A DNA stretch of 64,000 nucleotides from contig CAKPHY010000004.1 of the NCBI GenBank assembly GCA_934162285.1, forward strand, positions 542 to 64,541, written 5' to 3'. Of the stretch, positions 34,902 to 44,818 are shown piece after piece. Position numbers and translations under genes: made by a program. The stretch comes from an uncultured Bacilli bacterium (GTDB lineage: Bacteria > Bacillota_I > Bacilli_A > RF39 > UBA660). The notes below the pieces were generated by a model. It had not been told where the DNA came from, did not search any database, and saw nothing but the letters and a program-made list of their open reading frames with translations. Numbering within the stretch: the stretch's first letter is position 1; every line of letters starts with the position of its first letter.

Positions 34902-37199
34902 ATGGTAGGCTTAGGAGAAGAATTAAATGAATTAAAAGTCGTTAAAAGAGACGGACGTAAAGTTGATTTTAACGGAACTAAAATTGCGCTTGCAATTCAA
35001 AAAGGTTTTGAAAGTATCAAGATCATTGACGATGATAACGCATATGTATTTAAATATACTGAAAAAGATACTAATAAAGTATTTGTAGGCGTTATGAAAA
35101 AAATCGTTAAAGATTATAAAGACAAAGAAAAAATAAAAATCGAAGAAATTCAAGATTTAATAGAAGAACAATTAAAGAAAGATAAATATGAAGATGTTTA
35201 TGAAGCTTTTAAAGAATATCGTGAACGTAGAGCTTTATCAAGAGAAACATTCTTAGGCTTTGATGAAAAAAGACGTCATCGTTTATTAAAAGCCTTTGAA
35301 AACTTAGGCTTAAAATCAGCTCATGAAGAAGATGCTAAAAGAGAAAATGCCAATGTTGATGGTGATACCGCTATGGGAACAATGCTTCAATATGGTAGTA
35401 CTATTTCTCGTGAGTTTGCTAAGTCATACTTGATGAAGAAAAAATTTGCTGAAGCTCATGAAAATGGTGATATTCATATTCATGATATGGATTTCTTACC
35501 AATGGGAACTACAACTTGTACCCAAATCGATTTGAATAAATTGTTTAAAAATGGTTTTTCAACAGGTCATGGTCATTTGAGAGAACCAAATGATATTATG
35601 TCATATTCAGCTTTAGCAGCAATTGCCATTCAATCAAATCAAAATGATCAACATGGTGGTCAAGCAATCCCAGCATTTGATTTCTATTTAGCTCCAGGTG
35701 TTTTAAAAACTTTTAGAAAACAATTTAAACAAACATTATATGATATTTTAGATGTTACGGATTTTGCTCGCTTCTTAAATTTTGATAAAATTGCGCAAAC
35801 AATCGATAAATTAACAACAATAACAGTTGATATTACTATGTTAGAACCATTCTATAAAGATTCAACAGAAGTTAAAAGAATTTTTGAAAAAGCTTATGAA
35901 AAAGCTTTACAAAAAACTGATCGCATTACTTATCAAGCAATGGAAGCCTTCATTCACAATTTAAATACAATGCATAGTAGAGCAGGAGCTCAAGTTCCAT
36001 TTAGTTCAATTAACTTTGGAACTGATGTAAGTCCAGAAGGAAGAATGGTAATTAAAAATTATTTACTAGCTGCTGATGCCGGCTTAGGTCATGGTGAAAC
36101 ACCAATTTTCCCAATTTCAATTTTTAAAGTAAAAGAAGGCATAAATTATAATAAAGAAGATCCAAACTATGATTTATTCCACTTATCATGTGAAGTATCA
36201 GCAAAACGCTTATTTCCAAACTTCTCATTTATTGATGCTCCATTCAATTTACAATATTATAAACCAGGTGATTATCAAACCGAAGTAGGCTATATGGGTT
36301 GTCGTACTCGTGTTTTAGGTAATGTTGTTGATGAAGATCGTCAAATAACTCCTGGTCGTGGTAATTTATCATTTACTTCAATCAATTTACCAAGATTAGG
36401 TATTAAACATGGAATTGTTGGTGGCGCTGAAAAGCCAGATCTTGAAGGTTTTTATCAAGAATTAGGTGAAATGATGGAACTAGTTAAAGATCAATTATTA
36501 GAAAGATTTGAAATCCAATGCAATAAACGTGTTTATAATTTCCCATTCTTATTAGGTCAAGGTGTATGGATTGATTCTGAAAAATTAAAACCAACTGATC
36601 GCTTAAGAAAAGTATTAAGACATGGAACTTTAACTTTTGGTTTTATCGGTTTAGCTGAATGTTTAAAAGCATTAATTGGTAAACACCATGGTGAAGATCC
36701 AGAAGCTCAAAAATTAGGTTTAGAAATTATTGGCTTTATGCGTAAAAAAGCTGATGAATATGCTAGTAAATATCGTTTAAATTTCTCAGTAATAGCAACA
36801 CCAGCCGAAGGACTTTCAGGTCGATTTGTTAAAATTGATCGTGCTATATATGGAAAAATTAAAGGCGTAACTGATCGTGAATACTATACAAATTCATTTC
36901 ATATCCCTGTTTACTATAATATCTCAATTAAAAATAAAATTCATTTAGAAGCTCCATATCATGCATTAACTAATGCCGGACATATAACTTATATAGAGTT
37001 AGATGGTGATACAACTGCTAATGTTGAAGCTTTTGAAAAAGTAGTTCGTATTATGAAAGAAGAAGGAATTGGTTATGGCGCTATTAACCATCCAGTTGAT
37101 CGTGACCCAGTATGTGGTTATGTAGGAATTATTGGAGATGTTTGTCCAGGATGTGGTCGCCGTGAAGGTGAAGGAATTCCTGTAGATAAATTAAATTAG
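34902..37199 (+). CDS. nrdD: anaerobic ribonucleoside-triphosphate reductase NrdD, ending at an in-frame TAG before the glycyl-radical domain
   Basis: ATP-cone (VVKRDGRKVDFNGTKIALAI), class III RNR core, C-terminal Cys cluster (VCGY...VCPGCG). The ORF stops at TAG 37197-37199, without the RxxGY glycyl-radical motif. Confidence 0.88.
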   Translation: MVGLGEELNELKVVKRDGRKVDFNGTKIALAIQKGFESIKIIDDDNAYVFKYTEKDTNKVFVGVMKKIVKDYKDKEKIKIEEIQDLIEEQLKKDKYEDVYEAFKEYRERRALSRETFLGFDEKRRHRLLKAFENLGLKSAHEEDAKRENANVDGDTAMGTMLQYGSTISREFAKSYLMKKKFAEAHENGDIHIHDMDFLPMGTTTCTQIDLNKLFKNGFSTGHGHLREPNDIMSYSALAAIAIQSNQNDQHGGQAIPAFDFYLAPGVLKTFRKQFKQTLYDILDVTDFARFLNFDKIAQTIDKLTTITVDITMLEPFYKDSTEVKRIFEKAYEKALQKTDRITYQAMEAFIHNLNTMHSRAGAQVPFSSINFGTDVSPEGRMVIKNYLLAADAGLGHGETPIFPISIFKVKEGINYNKEDPNYDLFHLSCEVSAKRLFPNFSFIDAPFNLQYYKPGDYQTEVGYMGCRTRVLGNVVDEDRQITPGRGNLSFTSINLPRLGIKHGIVGGAEKPDLEGFYQELGEMMELVKDQLLERFEIQCNKRVYNFPFLLGQGVWIDSEKLKPTDRLRKVLRHGTLTFGFIGLAECLKALIGKHHGEDPEAQKLGLEIIGFMRKKADEYASKYRLNFSVIATPAEGLSGRFVKIDRAIYGKIKGVTDREYYTNSFHIPVYYNISIKNKIHLEAPYHALTNAGHITYIELDGDTTANVEAFEKVVRIMKEEGIGYGAINHPVDRDPVCGYVGIIGDVCPGCGRREGEGIPVDKLN

Positions 37200-37208
37200 G
37201 AGGAAAAT

Positions 37209-37373
37209 ATGGAAAAAGTTGAAGAAAAAATTGTTAAAGAACCTAAAAAAGTAGGCGAAGGCGTAGGCTTCGAAAGAATCAGAAGAATCACCGGTTATTT
37301 AGTAGGTACAGTAGATCGTTTCAACAATGCCAAAAAAGCTGAAGTAAGAGATCGTGTAAAACATACATTATGA
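37209..37373 (+). CDS. 54-aa stand-alone NrdD glycyl-radical domain
   Basis: Manual translation MEKVEEKIVKEPKKVGEGVGFERIRRITGYLVGTVDRFNNAKKAEVRDRVKHTL*. RRITGYL and FNNAKKAEVRDRVKH match the NrdD C-terminus (E. coli RRVCGYLG...FNAGKQEEVKRRVKH, from memory). Same frame as nrdD, 3 codons after its TAG. AGGAGG lies 7 nt upstream. The stop overlaps the nrdG start (ATGA). Too short for the ORF track. Confidence 0.8.
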   Translation: MEKVEEKIVKEPKKVGEGVGFERIRRITGYLVGTVDRFNNAKKAEVRDRVKHTL

Positions 37374-37921
37374 AAATTAGATTAGCAGGGCCTATTTTAA
37401 AAGATAGTATTGTAGATGGTCCGGGAATTCGAGCAGTAATATGGACTCAAGGCTGTAAACATGCCTGTCCTGGCTGCCATAATCCCGAAACTCATTCATT
37501 TACAGGCGGTACTCTTTATGATGTTGAAGATATAAAACATAAAATCGATGAATTAATCGATCAAGATGGTGTAACATTTTCAGGTGGCGATCCTATGTAC
37601 CAAATTGAAGCCTGTTTAGAATTAGCTAAATACATTAAAACTAAAAATTTAAATATTTGGTGTTATACCGGTTTTACATTTGAAAACATTTTAGAAAAAG
37701 CCAAAGAAAATAAAGACTACTTAGATTTTTTAGAACAAATAGATGTCTTAGTTGATGGACCATTTATTCTAAGTAAACGTAGCTTGAGTACTCTTTACAG
37801 AGGATCAACTAATCAAAGACTTATCGATGTTCCTAAAAGTTTAAAAGAAAATGAAACAATAACTATCGAAGAAAAAGATCGTAGATTAAAACAAGAAAAA
37901 AAAGAATGCATCTTTATTTAG
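37370..37921 (+). CDS. nrdG: anaerobic ribonucleotide reductase activating protein (radical SAM)
   Basis: GPGIR, CX3CX2C (CKHACPGC), GVTFSGGDP. 183 aa. Confidence 0.9.
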   Translation: MKIRLAGPILKDSIVDGPGIRAVIWTQGCKHACPGCHNPETHSFTGGTLYDVEDIKHKIDELIDQDGVTFSGGDPMYQIEACLELAKYIKTKNLNIWCYTGFTFENILEKAKENKDYLDFLEQIDVLVDGPFILSKRSLSTLYRGSTNQRLIDVPKSLKENETITIEEKDRRLKQEKKECIFI

Positions 37922-38765
37922 CATTCTTTTTTCTTGAATTTAATAACTCTAAATCATCTTCGTAATGAGACCCAATTTTTTCTAAATATTTTACCTTTTC
38001 TTCATTACCCATTTCACTTATAAAAAGGTGAATTTCATCTTTAAAATAACTAAGATCACCTTGAAAAATTACAATTAAACTTCTAAGAAATAATTCTAAA
38101 ATAGTCATAATAGGATCTTTGTCCCCATTAAAGTTACATAAAATTGAACTTAAAGCAGAACCAAAACAATTTTCAAGATCTAAACAAACAAGACCTAAAT
38201 CTTTTTTATCTTCAAGTAAGTTATTAAGTTTTTCAACATCAAAATTATTATCAGCCAGTGCTAAACTAAGTTCAGGACATATAAAAGGCATTTCATATTT
38301 TATGCGATCAAAGAAAAGCAAATTAGGATTCTTTTTGATCTCTTCTTCTAACAAAGTCAAAAAGATAATATGCAAATCTCGATTATTTTTAATACAAGAA
38401 TCACCACTATAACCACTTTTATCATTAAAATCCAGTTCAAATAAAAGAAAAGAAGTGTTAAAAATATAATTTTCAATCAAATTTGTATCAATACCTATTA
38501 AAAAAGGTACAGTGAATCCCTTAGGATAAACATTAAATTCAGTTTTTTTTAAAAAATATTTTTTTAAATCAACTCCTGTAATACCAGCTTTACTAAGTTC
38601 ATACAATTTTTGATTCAAACTTATTACAAGATCACGATATTTAATATTTATTTCTTCAAACTTTTTAGAATTTTTCTCACCATTTACATCTAATACATAA
38701 AGTTGCTCTAAATAATTATATAAATTTGAACCATCTTCATAAATAGCATCCAATAAAGTATCCAT
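37914..38765 (-). CDS. hypothetical cytoplasmic protein, paralogue A
   Basis: 283 aa, no TM segment. Collinear similarity to 38831..39709 (..NNFDVEKL.., ..GDLSYF.. compared with ..NNFDVDAL.., ..GDLTFS..; C-terminal GNEE...IG.H.EDD). Confidence 0.45.
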   Translation of the reverse strand: MDTLLDAIYEDGSNLYNYLEQLYVLDVNGEKNSKKFEEINIKYRDLVISLNQKLYELSKAGITGVDLKKYFLKKTEFNVYPKGFTVPFLIGIDTNLIENYIFNTSFLLFELDFNDKSGYSGDSCIKNNRDLHIIFLTLLEEEIKKNPNLLFFDRIKYEMPFICPELSLALADNNFDVEKLNNLLEDKKDLGLVCLDLENCFGSALSSILCNFNGDKDPIMTILELFLRSLIVIFQGDLSYFKDEIHLFISEMGNEEKVKYLEKIGSHYEDDLELLNSRKKNAK

Positions 38766-38830
38766 AAAATTCCCCCTAAAAAATGCCTTTATTATATTTC
38801 ACAAATTAGAAAAAAGCAATAAAAAAAGAA

Positions 38831-39709
38831 CTATTTTATTTTGGTTCTCTCACATAATTTAATATCATCTTCCAAATGCTTACCAATATTAGAAATAAAA
38901 TTTTTATTTTCTTCATTACCAAACTTTTCTAATATATTTTTTAGATCATTTTCACTAAAGGTAAGATCACCATTAAAGAAAACAACTAATGCTCTAAAAT
39001 AAGCTTCAAAAATAGACATAATAGAAGAAGATTTAAATCCTTCATAATTAATCAATATACTAGCCAATGTTGCTAAAAGCGCATCTTCAAGTTCAGCTTC
39101 TTTCGCATCTTTAATTTCGTAATTTTTATAACTTTCATAATTCAAATCAATTTTCTTAACTAAAGCGTCAACATCAAAATTATTATTAACAAATTCTAAC
39201 TCTAATCCAGGTATTATATAAGCAGCTATGTATTTTAGTTTTGAAAAATCATAAGGCATTTCTTCTAAAATTTTTAAAAACAAAACATGAAAATCACTTT
39301 TAATTTCACATAAAAGACTATTAGTATTATCAAAATATTCTTTTAAACTTGGATCATTTTCTTCAATATCAAATGCAGCTAATGCTTCATAGCTATAGAA
39401 AATATGTGTACTAATTAAATCAATGTTTTTATAAAAATTTGGTAAAGTGAAACTAGGTTCAAAAACATTTATATCTTTTTTTAATTTCATAGAAAGATAT
39501 TTCTTTAAATCCGATAATTTTAAACCTTGTCTAATAAGTTTATATAAATTATTATTAATTTTATAAGAAGTACTACTAATAGATGAACAAATACATTTAT
39601 ATTGATGGCTACTTTTTTGATTATCAAGCTCTAATTGATGCAGCTTAATTAGCATATCATGTAAAGATATCGAATCGTCTAAAATAAAATCAATTAGTTG
39701 ATAATTCAT
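38831..39709 (-). CDS. hypothetical cytoplasmic protein, paralogue B
   Basis: 292 aa, tandem paralogue of 37914..38765. Confidence 0.45.
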   Translation of the reverse strand: MNYQLIDFILDDSISLHDMLIKLHQLELDNQKSSHQYKCICSSISSTSYKINNNLYKLIRQGLKLSDLKKYLSMKLKKDINVFEPSFTLPNFYKNIDLISTHIFYSYEALAAFDIEENDPSLKEYFDNTNSLLCEIKSDFHVLFLKILEEMPYDFSKLKYIAAYIIPGLELEFVNNNFDVDALVKKIDLNYESYKNYEIKDAKEAELEDALLATLASILINYEGFKSSSIMSIFEAYFRALVVFFNGDLTFSENDLKNILEKFGNEENKNFISNIGKHLEDDIKLCERTKIK

Positions 39710-39763
39710 AGTATCATCTCCTTAGAGAAAATATTATAAATTAAAAGCAACTAAATTGTCAAA

Positions 39764-40210
39764 CTAAAGTAAAAAATCTTTAACACTTAGAAGACTATCA
39801 TCACAATTTTTATCTATTATTAAAATATTTTTTAATAAACCCATTATTTCTTTACTTTTATTATAATTATTTATAATATCACTTATAGAAATAATGCCAA
39901 CGATCTTTTTCTCATCTACAACCAGTAATCTTCTAACTCGATATTTCTTCATTATATCAATACAAGACTTGATAGAACTATTATAATCAATCGTTATTAA
40001 AGTTCGATTCATAATATCACTAATAGCACTATTATTAACAATCCCATTTATAACCAAGTCACGATCAGTTAAAACTCCAACAATTTTTTTCTTGTTTTTA
40101 ATTGGTAAAAAACCAATATCATAATTTAACATTAAAAGACTTACATCTTTTAAACTATCATTGATACTACCTACAACAATATCTCTAGTCATAATATCTT
40201 TTACTTTCAT
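39764..40210 (-). CDS. CBS-pair domain protein
   Basis: MKVKDIMTRDIVV... and a second CBS (..IMNRTLITID...VRRLLVVDEKKIVGIISISDI). Start set at the internal ATG 40210; the upstream extension overlaps the divergent gene. Confidence 0.75.
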   Translation of the reverse strand: MKVKDIMTRDIVVGSINDSLKDVSLLMLNYDIGFLPIKNKKKIVGVLTDRDLVINGIVNNSAISDIMNRTLITIDYNSSIKSCIDIMKKYRVRRLLVVDEKKIVGIISISDIINNYNKSKEIMGLLKNILIIDKNCDDSLLSVKDFLL

Positions 40211-40285
40211 ATAATCACCATTAAATAGTGTTAACAAAATAGAAAAAATCATACACTTAAGTAGGTGATCTACTTGAAAAAAAGA

Positions 40286-40966
40286 ATGCATTTAAAAAGA
40301 AAGAAAAAAAATTTCAAAAAATTTTTAATTATAATTATTATATTAATAATACTAGCATTACTATTAAAAAAATATGTAAGTGTTAAACCCTTAATTATTG
40401 CTTATAGTGAAATGGAAACTAATAAACTAGCAACATTAATAATAAATACAGCGATCCTAAAAGAAAATACTGAAGAAAAAATAAATGATATTTATAAAAT
40501 AAATGATACAGCTATAACTAATATTAGTTATGACACCAAAGAGTTAAATAAAATACTTACTAATATTACTTTAAAAATTCAAAATTATTTTGGAGCCATC
40601 GAATCCGGCAACATCGACGATATCGGAATAGACATTTTAGATAAATATAATTACAACAATCTTAAAAAAGGACCAATAATTTATATACCAATGGGCTATC
40701 TAACAGGTAGCCCTTTTTTAGCAAATGTTGGACCCAAAATTCCTTTAAAAATAACCCTAATAGGTGATGTTCGAACTGACATAAAAACAGAAGTAAAAGA
40801 TTATGGATTAAATAATGCTTTACTAAAAATTTACATTCATGTCGAAGTAGTAACACAATCAATATTTCCTTTAGTTTCAAGCATTCAAACAACGATAGTA
40901 GAATACCCAGTCGTTTTAAAAATAATTGAAGGTAAAGTTCCTAGCTTTTACTTACCAAATACTTAA
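40286..40966 (+). CDS. yunB: sporulation protein YunB-like
   Basis: N-terminal TM helix. GPIIYIPMGYLTGSPFLANVGPKIPLKITLIGDV......YGLNNALLKIYIHVEV....PLVS......EYPVVLKIIEGKVPSFY follows the YunB family pattern. Start could be 40265 (GTG) or 40286 (ATG). Confidence 0.6.
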   Translation: MHLKRKKKNFKKFLIIIIILIILALLLKKYVSVKPLIIAYSEMETNKLATLIINTAILKENTEEKINDIYKINDTAITNISYDTKELNKILTNITLKIQNYFGAIESGNIDDIGIDILDKYNYNNLKKGPIIYIPMGYLTGSPFLANVGPKIPLKITLIGDVRTDIKTEVKDYGLNNALLKIYIHVEVVTQSIFPLVSSIQTTIVEYPVVLKIIEGKVPSFYLPNT

Positions 40967-41007
40967 ATAAAAACTATAGTTCGTGTTATAATATAATAGG
41001 TGATAAT

Positions 41008-42663
41008 ATGAAAAAGAAAGTAAAACTAAGGTATGATCGAATAGCAATATTTGCAGTTTTTTGCTTTCTTGCTGTATTTTTATTTATAAAAAGTATAACA
41101 TTCTTATTTTCTAAAATAAATCCTAAAACAGAAAAATACTTTTTAGCAAGTATCAGTAATAAAGTTAATTTATATGACAAAAATAAAAACAAAATCAAAG
41201 AAGAAAATAGAGGTCAAGAAGTTTTTCTTTATGTTGATACTATAAAAGATGAATATAGTAAAGTAAAGTATCAAGGTAAAAACTACTATGTCAAAAATGA
41301 AGAGTTGTCTAAAGAATATAGTGATGTCGTTTTAATAAAAGATCTATATGTTCGAACAGCAACTGTTTTATTAGATGGTATCAGTGTTTTAAATTACATT
41401 CCGAAAGGATCAAAACTTGAAGTCCTTGGCTTTGATGAAATAGATAATAATGGCAATGTTTTTAATTATAAAGTAAAATATGATAATCAAGTCGGGTATG
41501 TAAATGAAGAATATTTAGTTGGTTCTAAAGAAGAATCACTTATTAACTATGATCAAAATGGTAATTATCTAATTCATAAAGCTAGAACCAGTAGCTATGG
41601 TGGCAATGCTGGAGATTTAGATTTTTATCCTCGTCAAAAAGGTAATTTTCAAAACAATAAAATGCCTGATAAAGTCCGTGCTTTATACTTAAATGGTGAA
41701 GCTATTTATGAAGCCCAAGATTATATTGAAATAGCTAAAGGTAGTCAAATAAATGCCTTTGTTATCAATATTAAAGATGATGTATTATCATATAAATCAG
41801 AAGTAGCCAAAGAATTTTCTTTAAGAAGCTATAATAATGCTTTGGGATCAATTGAAAAATATAAGCAAAATATTGAACTTTTAAAAAATAATGGATATTA
41901 CTTAATTGGGCGAATTTCGGTTTTTAAAGATTACGCTTATGCTCTTGATAATCCTAACAATGCTATAACTGATAAAAATGGAGATCTTTATAAACATAAT
42001 GGTTCATATTGGCCAAGTGCTTATAATACTAATGTCTGGGAATACAACTTAAAGCTAGCTTTAGAAGCAATTGAATTATTTGGTTTTAATGAAATACAAT
42101 TTGATTATGTTCGCTTTCCAGATGGCACTAGCAGTCTTGAAAAAGATGGCGTAATCGATATGAAAAATAATTATAACATCTCTAAGATTCAAGCTATTCA
42201 AACTTTCCTCATGTATGCAACTGATATATTACATCAAAAAGAAGTTTATGTTTCTGCTGATGTTTTTGGTGAAAGTGCTCATACATACGTTAACTCTTAT
42301 GGTCAATATTGGGGAGCAATTTCCAATGTTGTTGACGTAATAAGTGCCATGCCATACCCCGATCACTTCAATATAAATCAATATGGGATAGAAGAACCAG
42401 TATGGACAAATCCCTATAAATTGTTGTATACTTGGAGTAAGAATTTTGCAATGAAACGTCAAAGTGAAATACCAACTCCTGCTATAATGCGAACTTGGAT
42501 TCAAGCTTATAATACAACTAAAACTCCAGCTGTAGAATATAATGCTGAAAAAATAAAAGAGCAAATAAAAGGACTAGAAGATGGCGGAGCCGTTGGGGGA
42601 TATATGACTTGGAATTCAGTTTCCAGCAAATCAAAATATCGTGAAATTGCAAATTCAATGTGA
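41008..42663 (+). CDS. putative glycoside hydrolase (DUF4015 TIM-barrel) with N-terminal anchor and SH3-like repeats
   Basis: VRALYLNG..., INAFVINIKDD..., WEYNLKLALEAIELFGFNEIQFDYVRFPD are the conserved blocks of the DUF4015 family. Confidence 0.7.
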   Translation: MKKKVKLRYDRIAIFAVFCFLAVFLFIKSITFLFSKINPKTEKYFLASISNKVNLYDKNKNKIKEENRGQEVFLYVDTIKDEYSKVKYQGKNYYVKNEELSKEYSDVVLIKDLYVRTATVLLDGISVLNYIPKGSKLEVLGFDEIDNNGNVFNYKVKYDNQVGYVNEEYLVGSKEESLINYDQNGNYLIHKARTSSYGGNAGDLDFYPRQKGNFQNNKMPDKVRALYLNGEAIYEAQDYIEIAKGSQINAFVINIKDDVLSYKSEVAKEFSLRSYNNALGSIEKYKQNIELLKNNGYYLIGRISVFKDYAYALDNPNNAITDKNGDLYKHNGSYWPSAYNTNVWEYNLKLALEAIELFGFNEIQFDYVRFPDGTSSLEKDGVIDMKNNYNISKIQAIQTFLMYATDILHQKEVYVSADVFGESAHTYVNSYGQYWGAISNVVDVISAMPYPDHFNINQYGIEEPVWTNPYKLLYTWSKNFAMKRQSEIPTPAIMRTWIQAYNTTKTPAVEYNAEKIKEQIKGLEDGGAVGGYMTWNSVSSKSKYREIANSM

Positions 42664-42670
42664 GGTAACT

Positions 42671-42946
42671 ATGAAAATAAAAATAAATGATAAAGAATAT
42701 GAATTACTTGAAAACTATAAAGATGGTTTTAATCAAGAAGAATTTACAAAATGTTTAACTGAGTTTTATGATAATTACGATTACATTTTAGGTGATTGGG
42801 CTTATGGTAAATTGCGATTAAAAGGTTTTTGTGATAAAAGCAATAAAAACTTTAACAATGTAAATGATATAAAAAATAAAGAAAAGTACATAAAAGAAGA
42901 ATGTGCTTATGAATGTAAATACTTTTTAGTAAAGATATGTAGGTGA
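42671..42946 (+). CDS. yutD: YutD-like protein (DUF1027)
   Basis: YELLENYKDGFNQEEF....F.DNYDYILGDWAYGKLRLKGF matches the YutD pattern. Start at the ATG after GTGAGG. Confidence 0.65.
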   Translation: MKIKINDKEYELLENYKDGFNQEEFTKCLTEFYDNYDYILGDWAYGKLRLKGFCDKSNKNFNNVNDIKNKEKYIKEECAYECKYFLVKICR

Positions 42947-42950
42947 ATAT

Positions 42951-44798
42951 ATGTTTGAAAGGATAGGTAATTTAGAAACAGAAGAAAAAATCCACAGATA
43001 TTTTTCTTACCTTAAATATGCTTTAATCGGCATTTCAATAATTATCTTGTATTTCTTAATTCGTAATTTTATTCATACCTATAGTGATACTGAAAAAGAA
43101 ATGATTGAACTTGCTAAAAATTACATTAAAGATAATAATATCGCTATAAGTGGTGATTACTATATAGCTTTAGGTGATTTAGGTGAGGTTGAAGGTGCGG
43201 AACTATGCTATAACACCAGTGGCGTTATTGTTACTAAAAATAAGAATAAGTTAAACTTTCAAACATACTTAAAATGTATTGATCATGAAACAACAATTGT
43301 TAAAAACAAAGAAAAATATATCACTTTGAGTGGTGACACCATCACTATATTAAATGCTGGTGAAATTTATGAAGAAAAAGGTTTTTACACTGAAGATGAT
43401 GTTGAAGTAAAAACAACAGGAACAGTTTCTCGAGAACCAGGTATTTATACAATAACTTATGATGTTTATATAGATGGTAAAAAGAAAGAGACTCTTTACC
43501 GTAAAGTAATTGTAACCAAATATGATAAAAATGCTACCAATAGTGGGGTTAAAAATGTTGACATTCCAAGCTTAACATTGTTAGGAAACTCAACAATGAT
43601 TCTTGAAAAAAATGAAAGATTTTATGAACCAGGTTATAAAGCTGTCGATTATAAAGATGGTAAAATCAGTCGTCAAGTTGAAGTAAGTGGTAAAGTTGAT
43701 AGCAGTAAAACTGGTATTTACATTGTCAATTATTCGGTTACTAATTCTCGTAGCAAAAAAGTTACAAAAACACGTGTAGTAAGAGTAGTAGAAGAAAAAA
43801 GCGATCTAGTAATTGATCATAAAATTGAAAAATTATCGTCAGGATTTGTTGTTAATTTAAAAATAACAGGAAGTGGCTATAAACAAACGATTTTACCGGA
43901 TGGTAGTAAAACAAGTAATACTGTTTTTAGCTATCCTATCAAAAGTAATGGCATATATTCTTTTGCTGTTTATGATGTTGAAGGTAATGTCAATGTTCGT
44001 GAAGTTGATGTCAATGATATTGATATTACAGGACCGACTGGAAACTGTATCGCCAATGTTAATTCAAATAAAACGGCTGTTGTAATTAATGCAACCGATA
44101 AAAGTGGTATTAGTGGCTATAACTTTATTGTTGATGGCGTTGCTTCTAATTTCATTTCGAGTTTATCATATGAAACAGCAGCAACTGGAATTAAAGTTAT
44201 AGGTCAAGTAAAAGATACATATGGAAATGTAACTACTATGACTTGTCAAGTGAATGATATTTCTAGGACAGTAGGTACAATGACCAATGGCGTTATGAAT
44301 ATTCCTCTTTATTTACAATACAACTATACAACACCAATCTATTGGGGAACTCAAGGAAAAACTTCCACAGTAAAAAGATCCGGATGTGGACCAACTTCCG
44401 TTTCAATGATTATTACTTACTTTACAGGCAATGTTAGTCAAAATCCTCAATTCCTATTTGAGTGGTTAAATAGTTTAAATTATTACCATGGAGCTGGTTT
44501 CGGGCAAGCAGCTTTAACGAAGGCTGCTAAAAAATATGGTGTCACTTGTACATGGCGTGGATTAAATGAAGAACAATTGAAAGCTACTATTTTAGCAGGT
44601 AATCCAATAATTGCTTTCATGGGACCTGGTGCTTTCACCAGTGGTGGTCATTATATAGTTTTAAAAGGTGTAACAAGTGATGGGAAGATCCTAGTAAATG
44701 ATCCTAATAGTGAAAAAAGAAGTAAACAAGCCTGGGATCCTAAAATAATACTAAGCCAAAGTGTAACTAATGTTCCTTTTGCTGTATGCCATTTGTAA
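42951..44798 (+). CDS. surface protein family member 1: TM anchor, Cys-pair N-domain, 2x DUF5011 Ig-like, shared Ig module, C-terminal peptidase C39-like domain
   Basis: DUF5011-type repeats (LTLLGNSTMILEKNERFYEPGYKAVDYKDGKISRQV...GIYIVNY). C-terminal KRSGCGPTSVSMIITYF...GGHYIVLKGV...VNDPN (Cys/His/Asp of the C39_2-like fold). Confidence 0.6.
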   Translation: MFERIGNLETEEKIHRYFSYLKYALIGISIIILYFLIRNFIHTYSDTEKEMIELAKNYIKDNNIAISGDYYIALGDLGEVEGAELCYNTSGVIVTKNKNKLNFQTYLKCIDHETTIVKNKEKYITLSGDTITILNAGEIYEEKGFYTEDDVEVKTTGTVSREPGIYTITYDVYIDGKKKETLYRKVIVTKYDKNATNSGVKNVDIPSLTLLGNSTMILEKNERFYEPGYKAVDYKDGKISRQVEVSGKVDSSKTGIYIVNYSVTNSRSKKVTKTRVVRVVEEKSDLVIDHKIEKLSSGFVVNLKITGSGYKQTILPDGSKTSNTVFSYPIKSNGIYSFAVYDVEGNVNVREVDVNDIDITGPTGNCIANVNSNKTAVVINATDKSGISGYNFIVDGVASNFISSLSYETAATGIKVIGQVKDTYGNVTTMTCQVNDISRTVGTMTNGVMNIPLYLQYNYTTPIYWGTQGKTSTVKRSGCGPTSVSMIITYFTGNVSQNPQFLFEWLNSLNYYHGAGFGQAALTKAAKKYGVTCTWRGLNEEQLKATILAGNPIIAFMGPGAFTSGGHYIVLKGVTSDGKILVNDPNSEKRSKQAWDPKIILSQSVTNVPFAVCHL

Positions 44799-44818
44799 AA
44801 AGATAAAAGGGTGGTAAT

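Noticed and set aside
37197-37199. Possibility that TAG is recoded genome-wide (or that TGA encodes Trp as in Mollicutes), which would make nrdD continuous.
   Set aside because: TAG ends several other well-defined genes directly before the next gene's RBS (dam 12561-63, the LRR gene 25960-62, 18170-72). TGA also terminates full-length housekeeping ORFs (ligA ends at TGA 58536-38). Standard code 11 fits everywhere. Local readthrough is still listed as an option in the finding.
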